A stretch of DNA of 64,000 nucleotides from a phage: sequence record PQ536907.1. One strand, given 5' to 3'. Positions 62,425-64,000 of this stretch are shown here, piece after piece; the stretch's first letter is position 1, and each line of letters opens with the position of its first letter. The notes under the pieces are model-generated. The model worked only from the letters and a program-made list of their open reading frames with translations, searched no databases and was not told where the DNA came from. A program made the position numbers and the translations under genes.

Positions 62425-62625
62425 ATGGTACAAAAATTAATGGCACTTGTTAATGCCATAAAAGGTAATAAAAAACGTATAGCTTTTACTATTTCTGCTA
62501 TGGTAGGAATTTTACTCTGGAACTTTATTCTATCACCTATTGCAATTGCACATGGTATTAATATTCCAGTAGTTACTATTGATACATTCGTAGATCTAGC
62601 ATTTGCTTTAGTTGGGTTAATTTAA
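62425..62625 (+). CDS. small hydrophobic protein (66 aa) on the opposite strand between 56 and 61
   Basis: Strong SD AAGGAGG 5 nt upstream of ATG; two hydrophobic segments; ORF exactly fills the 56-61 gap; stop overlaps gene 61 stop. Confidence 0.45.
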   Translation: MVQKLMALVNAIKGNKKRIAFTISAMVGILLWNFILSPIAIAHGINIPVVTIDTFVDLAFALVGLI

Positions 62626-63650
62626 ATCTTGGCATATTTAGATAGCCGCATTTTAGCCATCAACCCCTGGGCAATATTATTTTTCATATATTCCATAATT
62701 TGTTCAGGGGTTGCACCTTCCTTTCTAATCATATCATTGACATCTTTTGATTTCCAGGGAGATTTATCCCAAAACATAACCCTTTCTCCTGCATCAACTA
62801 ATTTAGTCATTCGTTTGATAGTGTCAGGGTGACGAGGTTCATTATCTAAAACCCACACTCGTCTATCTTTAAATGGAACAACTTCTAGGTCTAATTGACC
62901 GCCAGTAATGGCTATACCATTTTCAATAAAAAGTGAATCTATAGGTCCTTCTAGAACATATACATCACCATCTTTAACTCGTTCGACTCCATATATTTTT
63001 GTTGCCTCAGGATAAGCTTTAATGGTGATATATTTTTGAGGAGCATCTTTCTTTAATGCACGTCCTTGAAAAGACTCAGCTTTTCCGTTAGCATTATAAA
63101 TTGGAATAACAAGACGAGGCTCAGAAATTTCCTTTTTGTATGTTCCTGGTGCTATGCTATTAACTAATTTAGGCCATTCGGTTGTAAACCAAAGATATTT
63201 CCATTTATCCTTTGGAATACAACGAGCTTTTACATATTTTATAATTGGATGGTCTTCCGCCAGTTTATCTAATCTAACACATGACGGAAGAGATTTAATT
63301 ATTTTCTTCTCAGGTTGTTTAGGAAGTTCTTTAGGTTTTTCTACTGGACGACTTTTACCTTTTTCTTTTCTTATTTCAAAGATATACTCACGATATAAAT
63401 CAGGTTCAAACTCCTTTAAATATATTCCGATTGGTGCATGATAGTTACAGTTATAACAATGAATATTTCCTTCATTATTATCACCATAATACCATCCACG
63501 AGCTTTATTCTGATCGGTTTTTGAATCTCCACAAACAGGGCATCTAAACCGCAATTTAAAAGTTGAACTATTATTTACTTGTGTGAATTTAGGTAAATGA
63601 GCTAATGCACGATACGCAAACTCATTATCAATCCAAGGTATTGATGACAT
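62622..63650 (-). CDS. 61: DNA primase
   Basis: 342 aa; zinc ribbon CPVCGD...CYNC and Toprim region EGPIDSLF; matches recalled T4 gp61. Confidence 0.95.
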   Translation of the reverse strand: MSSIPWIDNEFAYRALAHLPKFTQVNNSSTFKLRFRCPVCGDSKTDQNKARGWYYGDNNEGNIHCYNCNYHAPIGIYLKEFEPDLYREYIFEIRKEKGKSRPVEKPKELPKQPEKKIIKSLPSCVRLDKLAEDHPIIKYVKARCIPKDKWKYLWFTTEWPKLVNSIAPGTYKKEISEPRLVIPIYNANGKAESFQGRALKKDAPQKYITIKAYPEATKIYGVERVKDGDVYVLEGPIDSLFIENGIAITGGQLDLEVVPFKDRRVWVLDNEPRHPDTIKRMTKLVDAGERVMFWDKSPWKSKDVNDMIRKEGATPEQIMEYMKNNIAQGLMAKMRLSKYAKI

Positions 63651-63652
63651 TT

Positions 63653-63817
63653 TTACTCTTCTTTTTCTTTAGATTCCTCTTTTTTCTTTTTAGGAATCTG
63701 TTCAGGACCTTTATTTACTACAGCGCCCGACGTTGTTCCAGTAGAGATATTTTCAGGATTACAACCTGAATCTCCAGCAACCATATCTTCTTTAATAAAT
63801 TCTTTATATGTTTTCAT
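63653..63817 (-). CDS. small ORF (54 aa, MKTYKEFIKEDMVAGDSGCNPEN...), below ORF-track cut-off
   Basis: Manual translation; SD GAGG upstream; lies immediately upstream of primase. Confidence 0.3.
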   Translation of the reverse strand: MKTYKEFIKEDMVAGDSGCNPENISTGTTSGAVVNKGPEQIPKKKKEESKEKEE

Positions 63818-63818
63818 A

Positions 63819-64000
63819 TTAACCTCTATTCATAAAAGCATTAAAAATTTGGTCATCAATCGATGGAATAGCAACTTTTTCTGCATCATTTAGCAAATCA
63901 TTAATTTCATCAGATAGCATAACACATGTACCTTTATTTCCTGTAATTGTTACTGCGCAATTACGAACGTTTTCTTTATTAAATTTTAAGTTAATATTTT
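63819..64000 (-). CDS. partial ORF, C-terminal ~60 codons (5' end beyond window end)
   Basis: Open frame to window edge ending ...DDQIFNAFMNRG; identity not determined. Confidence 0.4.
   Translation of the reverse strand, partial: NINLKFNKENVRNCAVTITGNKGTCVMLSDEINDLLNDAEKVAIPSIDDQIFNAFMNRG

Overview
This window is a segment of a T4-like (Tequatrovirus, T-even) myovirus genome; many encoded proteins match my recollection of phage T4 almost residue for residue. It runs through the early/middle-gene block on the minus strand (alt, DNA ligase 30, rIII, 31, cd, pseT, alc, rnlA, denA, nrdB, nrdA, td, frd, 32, 59, 33, dsbA, rnh), then the late long-tail-fibre and holin operon on the plus strand (34, 35, 36, 37, 38, t), then back to minus-strand early genes (asiA, arn, motA, 52, ac, stp, ndd, denB, rIIB, rIIA, 39, cef, motB, dexA, dda, srd, modA, modB, soc, 56, 61). 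The window therefore spans the conventional T4 map origin at the rIIB/rIIA junction. No tRNA, rRNA, CRISPR array, integrase or group I intron was found. The main interest is where this genome differs from T4 as I remember it: every T4 mobile element expected here appears to be missing (td and nrdB introns, mobE, the gene 60 split of gene 39, segF, and probably dam); there are two tandem Alt ADP-ribosyltransferase paralogs; a 115-codon ORF sits between td and frd, which overlap in T4; and the small-ORF intervals are punctuated by a repeated early-promoter plus stem-loop cassette. All identifications rest on reading the translations and on recalled T4 biology; no database search was run, and start codons for small ORFs are approximate.
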